From an uncultured Pseudomonadota bacterium (GTDB lineage: Bacteria; Babelota; Babeliae; Babelales; Vermiphilaceae), in assembly GCA_964636815.1 (NCBI GenBank), contig CAZWTF010000006.1, positions 8,461-72,460 of the forward strand: a DNA stretch of 64,000 bases. The letters are read 5' to 3'. The position numbers were made by a program, and so were the translations under genes. The notes below the pieces were generated by a model. It saw only the letters and a list, made by a program, of their open reading frames with translations. It had not been told where the DNA came from and did not search any database. Position 1 is the stretch's first letter. Every line of letters begins with the position of its first letter. Positions 46,533 through 55,388 of this stretch are shown piece after piece.

Positions 46533-47645
46533 ATGAAAAAAATGAAGGTTGCGGTTCTTGTTTCTGGTGGTGTTGATAGCTCTGTTGCGCTTCAACTGCT
46601 TAAAAACCAGGGTCATGATGTAACTGCTTTTTATCTTAAAATTTGGTTAGAAGATGAGCTTTCTTATTTGGGCGATTGTCCATGGGAAAATGATCTTTCT
46701 TTTGTAAAACAGGTGTGTGATCAGCTGGAAGTACCGCTTGAAGTGGTCTCTTTGCAAAAAGAGTATAAAGATGAAGTGGTTGCATACACTGTTGCGGCTG
46801 TTAAGGCAGGCCGTACACCAAATCCTGATATTTTATGTAATCAACGCATTAAATTTGGTCTTTTTTTAGATAAAATTGATTCCAGTTTTGAAAAAGTAGC
46901 ATCTGGGCATTACGCGCAAAGCCGTGAAAAAGATGGCATTGTTGAACTAGTTCAATCGCCAGACCCCATCAAAGACCAAACCTATTTTCTCTCTCATTTA
47001 AGTCAACAGCAGCTACAACGTGTGCTGTTTCCTATTGGCCATCTTCAAAAAAGTGAAGTTCGTGCATTAGCCCATGAGTTTAATTTGCCCAATAAAGATC
47101 GCAAAGATAGCCAGGGGATCTGCTTTTTAGGTAAATTTAAGTTTAGTGATTTTATCAAGCATCACCTTGGTACGCAAACAGGACAGATGATAGAGATTGA
47201 AACTGGTAAAAGTATGGGAGCGCATAACGGGTTCTGGTTTTATACCATTGGTCAGCGGCAGGGTCTTGGCCTTGGTGGTGGGCCGTGGTATGTGGTTGCT
47301 AAAGATATTGATAAAAATATCGTTTTCATTTCCCGTAATTATTATGATGATGAAAAACAACGTAACAAATTTACTGTTGAAAAGATTCATTGGTTAACAG
47401 ATGGATTATATCCCAATAAAAACAGCCTTGAAGTTAAATTGCGACATGGAGCACAACGTTATCAATGCACAATCCTTGATTCCCCAATTTTTACTTCGTT
47501 CCAATTGGGGTCCCCATCGAAAGGAACCGAAGATGGGGTTAAAGTAGTAATACTTTCTGGTCGTGATCAGGGTATTGCGCCTGGGCAGTATGCGGTGTTT
47601 TATGATGGTGATGTATGTGTAGGTAGTGCGGTTATAACACAGTAA
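46533..47645 (+). CDS. mnmA: tRNA-specific 2-thiouridylase MnmA (carries an in-frame repeat insertion)
   Basis: PP-loop VLVSGGVDSSVA, NPDILCN, SQGICFLG, and C-terminal APGQYAVFYDGDVCVG. Confidence 0.9.
   Translation: MKKMKVAVLVSGGVDSSVALQLLKNQGHDVTAFYLKIWLEDELSYLGDCPWENDLSFVKQVCDQLEVPLEVVSLQKEYKDEVVAYTVAAVKAGRTPNPDILCNQRIKFGLFLDKIDSSFEKVASGHYAQSREKDGIVELVQSPDPIKDQTYFLSHLSQQQLQRVLFPIGHLQKSEVRALAHEFNLPNKDRKDSQGICFLGKFKFSDFIKHHLGTQTGQMIEIETGKSMGAHNGFWFYTIGQRQGLGLGGGPWYVVAKDIDKNIVFISRNYYDDEKQRNKFTVEKIHWLTDGLYPNKNSLEVKLRHGAQRYQCTILDSPIFTSFQLGSPSKGTEDGVKVVILSGRDQGIAPGQYAVFYDGDVCVGSAVITQ
47482..47540 (+). repeat. Full copy of palindromic repeat family 1, located inside the mnmA reading frame
   Basis: CCCCAATTTTTACTTCGTTCCAATTGGGG-T-CCCCATCGAAAGGAACCGAAGATGGGGTT forms two adjacent hairpins. 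It is homologous to the intergenic copies at 29316, 37982 and 10467. Confidence 0.75.
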
Positions 47646-47649
47646 TGGT

Positions 47650-48273
47650 ATGAAAAAAATTAATCTTAAAAAGTTTACGTTACATATATTTCAGCATTTA
47701 CCTGAAACAGAAATGCGTATCACTATTCCAACGTTATTCACTCTTGCACGCATCATAGTGGTTCCCTTTATTGTGGGAGCAATGGTTATGGGTTGGTGGG
47801 GATGTGCATTTTTCTTTTTTGTTTTTGCATGTTTGACTGATGTTATTGATGGGCTTTTGGCCCGTTTTTTAAATGAAAAAACATTTCTTGGTGCATGCCT
47901 TGACCCTATTGCCGATAAATTATTATTGCTTTCATGTTTTTTTACGCTCGCTTTTGTATCAACGCCATTGTTTTCAGTTCCTCGATGGTTTGTTTTTTTT
48001 GTGATTAGCAAAGAGATGATTCAACTAGCCGGTGCATCTATTATTTATGCTATTCGTGGTCATTTGAATGTACAGCCGACAATTCTTGGAAAAACAACAA
48101 CATGTATTCAGATGATTTTTATTATGTGGCTTTTTGCCTGTTATTTTTTTTGTTGGGTTCCGATGAAAACGTATTACACAATGCTGGGTATTATGATACT
48201 TTTTATTGGTGGTTCATTTATGCAATATGCGCATATCGGTTTGCGCATGGTCAATTTTGGAAAAGTAAGATAA
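47650..48273 (+). CDS. pgsA: CDP-diacylglycerol--glycerol-3-phosphate 3-phosphatidyltransferase
   Basis: CDP-alcohol phosphatidyltransferase motif DG-x2-AR-x8-G-x3-D-x3-D is read exactly in DVIDGLLARFLNEKTFLGACLDPIADK. The true start may be the internal Met (MRITIPT). Confidence 0.75.
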   Translation: MKKINLKKFTLHIFQHLPETEMRITIPTLFTLARIIVVPFIVGAMVMGWWGCAFFFFVFACLTDVIDGLLARFLNEKTFLGACLDPIADKLLLLSCFFTLAFVSTPLFSVPRWFVFFVISKEMIQLAGASIIYAIRGHLNVQPTILGKTTTCIQMIFIMWLFACYFFCWVPMKTYYTMLGIMILFIGGSFMQYAHIGLRMVNFGKVR

Positions 48274-48276
48274 TTC

Positions 48277-48699
48277 ATGAAAAAGCGATGTGTCGGCTTA
48301 TTGGTACTTATGATTTGTATGGGTACAATGTGTTCTCTTGAACAAGAACAAGAGCTTATTGTTGCGCCAAAAAATAAAAAGAAATATGTTTCTAAAGAAC
48401 AGTGCATTGATCTCAAAATAGATTCTATTATGTTGTTGAATGAATGTAATAGATCGCTTAATGCATTGCGTCAAACGATTGATAGTGTACAAAAAGAAGA
48501 CCTGGATGTTTTGACTGATTACGCTGACGGCGAAAAAAACTGTTTTTTTAAGCGAGCAGATAAAGTTGGGTTGACCAATTATCACACTCAAGAGATGAAA
48601 AAAAATCAATATTTAGAGCGATCTATTCGCAAGATAAAGAAAATAGAGCAAGATCTTCAGTCTTTACGTATTGAGATGCAAAGAATTCAGTCTGAATAG
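48277..48699 (+). CDS. Hypothetical secreted coiled-coil protein
   Basis: Signal peptide MKKRCVGLLVLMICMGTMCS and a charged helical remainder. Confidence 0.4.
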   Translation: MKKRCVGLLVLMICMGTMCSLEQEQELIVAPKNKKKYVSKEQCIDLKIDSIMLLNECNRSLNALRQTIDSVQKEDLDVLTDYADGEKNCFFKRADKVGLTNYHTQEMKKNQYLERSIRKIKKIEQDLQSLRIEMQRIQSE

Positions 48700-48732
48700 A
48701 TTGTATACCCCCATTCCTTAATATCTCATTTC

Positions 48733-48741
48733 TGGTATAAT
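48733..48741 (+). promoter_or_regulatory. Extended -10 element (TGnTATAAT)
   Basis: TGGTATAAT lies about 50 nt upstream of the GTG 48794 start. Confidence 0.35.
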
Positions 48742-48793
48742 ATATCGTATAGTACGCAGTTATTTACGTATTTTGTACAAGGAAAAAACAGCC

Positions 48794-50569
48794 GTGAATC
48801 TATTAAAAAATCGCTTATTATTTTTGTCTTTTGTAATTGTTCCTTTATACGCAGCATCGCCTGCGCCTTCTTCCCTTGAGTTTAAACATGCAGTAGTACG
48901 ATACATAAAGCATACAGATGCACATTGTTTACAACATGGGCAACGTCATGGCGATGAAAATGTTTCGTATAAGAAAGAGTTACGATATCTCTTTAAAAAT
49001 TATAGCACTATCTCAACATCAGCTTTACTTTCTCGTCTTCGCTCAGCTCATCAAGAAATGATAAAAATAGAAACAGATATTACCAGCGATGCTTTTGGAA
49101 AATATGAGCAGGTATCAAGCGCACTTTTATTAATTTGTGCGCAATCTTTTTTTTATGATGCTCGCAATCAAATTTTAAACGCATTGGATGAGATTGATCA
49201 TCTGATTATATATTGGCGTTATCAGCAGCATCATCAGTTGCGTTATTTTTTCAGCAAATCTCCTCACAAATGGGTGATGGGAAAATCTCAGGCAAAAGAA
49301 ATTGCTAACAATGTGGTAAAGTTAGAACGTAGACAGCGTGAACTGTACACAATGTTGGGCGCGCTTGCTGGGCATGCTCATTCATTGACAACATGTGATA
49401 TTCATTATGATGATTGTTATAGGTGGGTGAATGGATTGTTGGCTGTTTTGCCGTATAATGCATCTTCTGAAAATGTTGAGAATATTGAATTTGATGTTGT
49501 TGCATGCCAATTGGCATTGCGCATGAAAAAGGTTGATTTGTTATCACATGATTTATTACGGTCGCTTGCTGTGGTAAGAAAACCAAGTCATTTTGTGCAA
49601 CATTGGATAACATATACAACAATGTTGGCGGCAGCCGGGTATGTAGCGCATTATCATGCACATAATCCTAATGTTATACCTGCAGGAGCTCAAAGAACAG
49701 GTGTATTTGTACAAGGTGTAGTCAAAAGTGTGGTTGTTGATCCAATGGCTGATTTGTACCAAGTGTTTTTTGGAATAGATGCTAAAGGTTCCGTTGAAAA
49801 TATAGAAAAAAGAGTAGATTCTATAGAAAAATTAGCAAATGATTTAGAGGCAAATGTGTCGAATTTAAGTAAAGATAGAGCTAAATCTTTACGACAATAT
49901 GCTGAAGATACTTTAAAAATAGTATTAGAAGAAATGAATGTTTCTAATAAAGATGCAATTCTTGCTGATGTGGCAAATAACAATCTAGAGTCATTGAATG
50001 CATTGTGCAAACAAACAGGCTGGCCAATTTTGAATATTGGTAGTCGTCTTGATCAAGAAACAGTCCGCGTTCTTTTACTGGTAGATGAAATACTTAATTT
50101 GTTAATTCCATATCTTGATTTATTAGATCAAAATATTTTGCCCTTAACAAAAGAGATAGGATTTTTGTTTGTTGATTTGGGACATATTGTTGGTGACTTT
50201 ATTAAAAACAATTTCTGGACAGCAAAGCTTACTGCGTTTACTCCATTAGCTGCTGCATGTATTGGTACTGTTAAGACATATAAATGGGCAACTGCTCGTG
50301 ATTATTCACCAATACGGATTGCGCTTGCAGATGTTAACTCTCTATTGATAGAATCAGGAACGCAGCTTGATTGTTATGCTTATGGTAAATTGCTTTATTT
50401 AGTATTTAAATTACGTCATAGAGCAGATTCATTAAAAGATTCTTTAGCACATGAATTTTTAGCTGATGTGGCAAAGCTTGAGTCTAAACAGTATGGATCA
50501 GATGCAAAGCATAGCATTGTTGAGAACATGTTTAATAAATATGCGTTTTTGGGACGTATTGCGGCGTAA
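48794..50569 (+). CDS. Large hypothetical exported protein, paralog 1 of a two-member family
   Basis: GTG 48794 is preceded by AAGGAA (the ORF track starts at TTG 48773). Signal peptide NLLKNRLLFLSFVIVPLYA. Shares WRYQxxHQxRYF, DYSPIR and YGK(L/M)LYL blocks with 50650..52140. Confidence 0.55.
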   Translation: MNLLKNRLLFLSFVIVPLYAASPAPSSLEFKHAVVRYIKHTDAHCLQHGQRHGDENVSYKKELRYLFKNYSTISTSALLSRLRSAHQEMIKIETDITSDAFGKYEQVSSALLLICAQSFFYDARNQILNALDEIDHLIIYWRYQQHHQLRYFFSKSPHKWVMGKSQAKEIANNVVKLERRQRELYTMLGALAGHAHSLTTCDIHYDDCYRWVNGLLAVLPYNASSENVENIEFDVVACQLALRMKKVDLLSHDLLRSLAVVRKPSHFVQHWITYTTMLAAAGYVAHYHAHNPNVIPAGAQRTGVFVQGVVKSVVVDPMADLYQVFFGIDAKGSVENIEKRVDSIEKLANDLEANVSNLSKDRAKSLRQYAEDTLKIVLEEMNVSNKDAILADVANNNLESLNALCKQTGWPILNIGSRLDQETVRVLLLVDEILNLLIPYLDLLDQNILPLTKEIGFLFVDLGHIVGDFIKNNFWTAKLTAFTPLAAACIGTVKTYKWATARDYSPIRIALADVNSLLIESGTQLDCYAYGKLLYLVFKLRHRADSLKDSLAHEFLADVAKLESKQYGSDAKHSIVENMFNKYAFLGRIAA

Positions 50570-50599
50570 GCAAATCGAATCTGGATTGTTGAATATTAT

Positions 50600-50633
50600 A
50601 TGGATTATACTTTTTTGGTATAATCCATTTTTT
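50600..50633 (+). terminator. Rho-independent terminator
   Basis: ATGGATTATA-cttttttgg-TATAATCCAT (perfect 10-bp stem) followed by a T5 run. Confidence 0.75.
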
Positions 50634-50649
50634 ATGTAAAGGGGGAGTC

Positions 50650-52140
50650 GTGAAATTATATAGCAAAAGTGTATCTATTTTTTTGGTAACTATTTTTTTC
50701 TCTGTTAACAGTTCTCAAAGACAAAATGTTGCTCCAATCATTTCTACAGTACCAGAAGCAATTATAACGTTACGAAAGATTATTCTTAATTTTCCGGCTA
50801 CTGGCGATAATCTACAGTATGAAAAAAATCAAAGCAGTGCAATTGTTCAATGTGCAAAGATTTTATATGACAAAGCTTATGTGCAAGTTTTGGATACACT
50901 GCAAGAGATAGATGCTCGTATTACGTATTGGCGATATCAAAAAAATCATCAGTGGAGATATTTTTTGACAAAAAATCCAACAAAATGGGTTACAGGAGCT
51001 TCTCAGGATATTGAGATTAATAATAATATTGAGCAGTTACAGAGTCATCAAGGTGAATTGTATGTTCTTTTGGGGCAGCTTGCTGAGTACGGGAATCTGT
51101 ATGATCATAAACATAAAACTTTATTTAAGAATGATTATCAACAATCGTACGTATGGGTTGATGAACTGTTAGATTTATTGGTACGTATTAAAGTGTCTGT
51201 AAACATAGATGAAGTTGAACCGTTTATTGCGCGAGTGACGTTATTAAAAGCAAAGCTTGAAAGAGTGCGTTTTTTTAAAAACCAGATTTTATCAGAGTTG
51301 CAAGAAACGCAAATGCCTGCGCACATTGAACAAAATTGGTTAAAATATGGGACTGCAGCAATGATGTTGGGGTTAGGATATAATCGAGTGGGCCAAATAG
51401 GAGATTTTCTAGCAGGTTCTTTTGATTGGACAAAAAATTTTGCAACGGACACAGCAAAGAATGTTGAAGAGATATTTTTTCCTGGAAAACTTGGTAGAGG
51501 TGGACTCATTGTTCAACAAAGTAATATTGATGAAACACGTTCTTCTATGATTAATTTTTTAAATATTATGGAAATAAATAAAATTATTAGCCCACAAGAA
51601 AAAGCAGTGATTATACAAGATGAAGCGCGGGGGAGTAGCGCAGAGTTTCAAAAGTTTGTAAATGAAAGAATAATGTCGAGTTATTGGAATTTTGCAAAGT
51701 ATGGATTGCGAGCGTGGAGTCTATTTATTCAGTTAATTGCTTTACATGGTGGTGGAAACGTAGAAAAAGAAATTGCTGGTTTACGCAATATTACGCTATT
51801 AGCGCCAGCAGCTGTGGCAGGGGGAGTTGCCGGGGGACTTGGATACCTTGGTTATAAAAAAATGATCGCAAAAGATTATTCACCAATACGCCGAGCCTTG
51901 CTTGATATTAATTCTTTGTTTGTTGACGCAACAAAACCACTCGATGATGAACAATATGGTAAAATGTTGTATTTAATTTATGATCTTAAAAAACGAGCAA
52001 CACAGGATGTCCCATTAACTGATCGAGTTGATTTTGTTAATGATTTAAATCGTATTGAATCAAAAGAGTTTAATGTTGCAGCTAAGCGAGCGATTGTTGA
52101 TGATATGTTTAGAAAATATTCATTTTTAAGATTAAGTTAA
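50650..52140 (+). CDS. Large hypothetical exported protein, paralog 2
   Basis: GTG start after AAAGGGGGAG, with a hydrophobic N-terminus. Collinear conserved blocks with paralog 1. Confidence 0.55.
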   Translation: MKLYSKSVSIFLVTIFFSVNSSQRQNVAPIISTVPEAIITLRKIILNFPATGDNLQYEKNQSSAIVQCAKILYDKAYVQVLDTLQEIDARITYWRYQKNHQWRYFLTKNPTKWVTGASQDIEINNNIEQLQSHQGELYVLLGQLAEYGNLYDHKHKTLFKNDYQQSYVWVDELLDLLVRIKVSVNIDEVEPFIARVTLLKAKLERVRFFKNQILSELQETQMPAHIEQNWLKYGTAAMMLGLGYNRVGQIGDFLAGSFDWTKNFATDTAKNVEEIFFPGKLGRGGLIVQQSNIDETRSSMINFLNIMEINKIISPQEKAVIIQDEARGSSAEFQKFVNERIMSSYWNFAKYGLRAWSLFIQLIALHGGGNVEKEIAGLRNITLLAPAAVAGGVAGGLGYLGYKKMIAKDYSPIRRALLDINSLFVDATKPLDDEQYGKMLYLIYDLKKRATQDVPLTDRVDFVNDLNRIESKEFNVAAKRAIVDDMFRKYSFLRLS

Positions 52141-52188
52141 AAAAAAATAGCGCTTAGCAAAAGATATTTTTTTGTTATTATCAGAAAA

Positions 52189-52230
52189 GGTGATATCGTT
52201 AAAAAGGTATAACGGTATCATCTTTTTTTT
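52189..52230 (+). terminator. Rho-independent terminator
   Basis: GGTGATATCGTTA...TAACGGTATCATC followed by a T8 run. Confidence 0.65.
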
Positions 52231-52281
52231 GATAAAATATAAGTATTATACACATCATCAGTATCAGTGAAAGGCTAAAAA

Positions 52282-52845
52282 ATGGCAGCATTTAATCGAA
52301 TTATTATTGTTGGTAATTTAACAAGAGATCCAGAATACCGTACGCTTCCGTCTGGTCAAGGAGTATCTCGTCTTGGATTAGCTACCAACCGTCAATTTAA
52401 AAATAAACAAACGGGTAATTTGGTACAAGAAGTGTGTTACATCGATGTTGATGTATGGGGAGCGCAAGCTGAAAGCTGTCGTCAATATTTGCAAAAAGGT
52501 CGTCCAGTTCTTATAGAAGGTCGTCTTAAATTAGATTCATGGGATGATCAAACAGGACAAAAACGTAGCAAGCATTCTATTGTTGCAGAGCGTGTTGTGT
52601 TTCTTTCAAACAGCGCTGGTTCTGAAGCATCATTTGGTGCATCTATGTCTGATGATGCTGACGCTGGTGTGCAACTTAATCCAAATAATGCCGTTGAGCG
52701 TGATTTGCTTGCACAGCTAGAAAAAGCGCAAACACGAGTAAAAGCAACTAAATCTGCTAAAAAAGAAGAAGCTCCAGCAGCTCCTTCAACCGGTGAAATC
52801 GATTTTCAAGATGAGCCTCCATTTGAAGATAACTTACCTTTTTAG
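52282..52845 (+). CDS. ssb: Single-stranded DNA-binding protein
   Basis: OB-fold N-terminus MAAFNRIIIVGNLTRDPEYR, a flexible linker, and an acidic tip ending DNLPF. Confidence 0.92.
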   Translation: MAAFNRIIIVGNLTRDPEYRTLPSGQGVSRLGLATNRQFKNKQTGNLVQEVCYIDVDVWGAQAESCRQYLQKGRPVLIEGRLKLDSWDDQTGQKRSKHSIVAERVVFLSNSAGSEASFGASMSDDADAGVQLNPNNAVERDLLAQLEKAQTRVKATKSAKKEEAPAAPSTGEIDFQDEPPFEDNLPF

Positions 52846-52871
52846 TTAATTTTTAAGTATAGAACTGTTTT

Positions 52872-52898
52872 CCCCGCTGTCTTAAGGCGGGGTTTTTT
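52872..52898 (+). terminator. Rho-independent terminator after ssb
   Basis: CCCCGC-tgtcttaag-GCGGGG followed by a T6 run. Confidence 0.75.
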
Positions 52899-52999
52899 AT
52901 GTTAAAACAAGTTTCTATTTGAAAATTTCCATTGACTGTAAAGCTCAAGATTTGTAATAATGAAGGCGAAGAGGGGCGTTGTTATAAAGAAGGATTATA

Positions 53000-53428
53000 A
53001 TGAAAAAAATAGGTTTGTTGACGAGCTTTTTAATGATTTTTTGTGTGACATCAATTAAAACCTATCAGGTTAATCTTTCATTTGACTCTCTTTTTCCCAA
53101 AACGTGGTATCAAAAAGGGTTAGAGGCATCAATGCATGTGTGGCAATCTTTGGCTAATGTGTTCGAGAAAAATAGTGATGGAGCAATGTTATCTTTGGAT
53201 ATGTTGTTGGGACGTTTGGCTTTTGCGCAGTTTTGTATTACTCGCATGCATAAAGAAGGTAGACACTGCATTGCTGATGATAGCGCTTATTTTTCTATTG
53301 TTTTAGATAGGGTTAAGCGTCTGTTGGCGCTTGTTACTATTACCTCTAAAACAGAGGATTTTATTACGTGTGCTGAGGATATGATTAAAGAGATGGAAAG
53401 TAAGCTTGATTCTACATACTTAAACTAA
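53000..53428 (+). CDS. Hypothetical small secreted protein
   Basis: Signal peptide MKKIGLLTSFLMIFCVTS. No family recognised. Confidence 0.4.
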   Translation: MKKIGLLTSFLMIFCVTSIKTYQVNLSFDSLFPKTWYQKGLEASMHVWQSLANVFEKNSDGAMLSLDMLLGRLAFAQFCITRMHKEGRHCIADDSAYFSIVLDRVKRLLALVTITSKTEDFITCAEDMIKEMESKLDSTYLN

Positions 53429-54677
53429 TATCGAGTCCGTATAGCCCACCAGCAATATTTGTATTAAAGGTTCTTTTCCCCGCTATTTCAAGATTATAAA
53501 AAACACCAATTCTATTGCCAAGCTTGTCGCCTTCACGTGCAAAATCATAATCAAGAATAAAGTTGAACGTGTGCATATTCCACCCTGCAAGCATCGGATC
53601 GCTGTTAATAATTGCGCAGTTGAACTGTGCAGGGTCGCATGGCTTGAGATGAGATTTTTGTTGTGAAGCAAAAGAGTATGCTGTGGTAAATGAAAATCCA
53701 TGGCCAAAATGATCAGCTTTAAGATAAAGGCCAGTGTGAACCAATGGTCCTCTGTGTACCGCAACAGTACCGGAAGCTAATTTTAAAATACTGCTTTGAT
53801 CGCTATCTGTTTTAAGACGCATGGTTTTATCTTTGTTAAGAAAAAAGAGTGAGTTTACATATCCACCAAACGTAACCCATTCATAATGACCAAGAGAGAG
53901 CATAGCGCAGAGAGGGAATGCCCAGTGCCCATTATAGCCTATTGGCAATGAAAATGGGTTGAGTTCGTTTTTTTGTTTGCCGGTAGGGCTGAGCAAGCCT
54001 GCCATCAGAGTAACGTCAATAAAATCGATTGTGGTTGTTTCTTGGTAATTGTGAGTCCAGCCTAGATATGATGAAAAATCACCAACTCCTATTTCTGTTG
54101 CCCCAGATGGATTGATTCCATAGTTGCGCAGAAGCGGATTAAAATCTTGTAAAACAGCTTGCCATTCAGGCGTACTTTTGTTGGGGAATATATCATCATT
54201 GGGTGAAAGATCTATGAAAGATATATCGTCTATTTTCAGTTTTCTGACCGGTAAATAAAATGAAAGAAGTAGTCCGTGAGACAGATTTTGAGTGAATGAA
54301 AGATTTGATTCTATGATGTGGAATTTTCCGTCTATTGAAAGTGTTGCAAAATCAGCTCTTTTGGGCAATTGTGCAAGATTGTTTAATAACGTGTCATAGG
54401 TGTTATCAGGGTTAGTGAAAAGGGTGTTTGCGTTAAGTTCTTGAATATTGGCCGGGCCATAGATATCAAGGAGAGGTACAATGCTATTGTTGGCTGAACG
54501 GCTTTGGGTGGTTGAGCCTCCGCTCACCGTTGCTTCAAAGGTTGAGAGGTAATCATGTTCAAGGCGTGGCTCGAGGAACATGTTTGTGGCGCGATAAAAA
54601 TGTGGGTTATCGACGCAATGCGTCCATGCTGAGCTGATAATTATGCTCGCAATAATGAGATAATGCGTATATTTCAT
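53412..54677 (-). CDS. Putative outer-membrane beta-barrel protein
   Basis: Signal peptide, aromatic/Gly-rich alternating strands throughout, and a C-terminal strand GGLYGLDISLSM. No specific family recognised. Confidence 0.35.
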   Translation of the reverse strand: MKYTHYLIIASIIISSAWTHCVDNPHFYRATNMFLEPRLEHDYLSTFEATVSGGSTTQSRSANNSIVPLLDIYGPANIQELNANTLFTNPDNTYDTLLNNLAQLPKRADFATLSIDGKFHIIESNLSFTQNLSHGLLLSFYLPVRKLKIDDISFIDLSPNDDIFPNKSTPEWQAVLQDFNPLLRNYGINPSGATEIGVGDFSSYLGWTHNYQETTTIDFIDVTLMAGLLSPTGKQKNELNPFSLPIGYNGHWAFPLCAMLSLGHYEWVTFGGYVNSLFFLNKDKTMRLKTDSDQSSILKLASGTVAVHRGPLVHTGLYLKADHFGHGFSFTTAYSFASQQKSHLKPCDPAQFNCAIINSDPMLAGWNMHTFNFILDYDFAREGDKLGNRIGVFYNLEIAGKRTFNTNIAGGLYGLDISLSM

Positions 54678-54792
54678 ATTTTATATCTTTCAGTCTAATT
54701 TTTTTCAGTATAAGGAATTTATCAAAAAAAGGAAAAAGTGGTATACTAAAACCATGTATCGTGTTTAAGAATATTGTATGTAAGGGGGAATT

Positions 54793-55350
54793 ATGGTTAC
54801 AAATGATAACGATAAATTTAGAAAATTTTTTGGTTTTAATGGCAACAATGATGCAGATTCGTCAACAGAAGGCGCTAATGAGTCATCTTTGAGCGAAAAA
54901 GAGCAACTGGATAAAGCAAATGCAGTAGTTGCTGAATGGACTGAAAAATATTTGTCTTTAACAGCAGATTTCCAAAATTATAAAAAACGCGTGACTCAAG
55001 AAAGAACTGACTGGGCACAAGATGCACAAAAACAAGTCATCATGGGTCTTCTTGATGTTATTGATAACTTTGAACGTGCACTTGAACAAGAAAAGAAGCG
55101 TGAAGACGCTGCGCATGTTTCATGGCTTGCTGGTTTTGAGATGATTTATCAATCATTAGAAAAACTTTTAGCAAAATTTGGTGTTCAACAAATTACAGAT
55201 TTTTCTGTGTTTAACCCAAAATATCATGAGGCGTTAGTCCAAGTTGAATCGAGCAAGCATAAGTCAGGTGATGTTGTACAAGCCTTACAAAAAGGTTATA
55301 CAATGAACGATAAAGTCATTCGTCCTGCTATTGTAAGCGTTGCAAAATAA
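54793..55350 (+). CDS. grpE: Nucleotide exchange factor GrpE
   Basis: FQNYKKRVTQE...GLLDVIDNFERAL...GY..ND.VIRPA.V blocks. Confidence 0.88.
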   Translation: MVTNDNDKFRKFFGFNGNNDADSSTEGANESSLSEKEQLDKANAVVAEWTEKYLSLTADFQNYKKRVTQERTDWAQDAQKQVIMGLLDVIDNFERALEQEKKREDAAHVSWLAGFEMIYQSLEKLLAKFGVQQITDFSVFNPKYHEALVQVESSKHKSGDVVQALQKGYTMNDKVIRPAIVSVAK

Positions 55351-55353
55351 AAA

Positions 55354-55381
55354 AAACGGGTTTGAAAAAACCCGTTTTTTA
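55354..55381. terminator. Bidirectional terminator
   Basis: AAAACGGGTTT-gaaaa-AAACCCGTTTT between convergent genes. Confidence 0.75.
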
Positions 55382-55388
55382 TTGTTAT

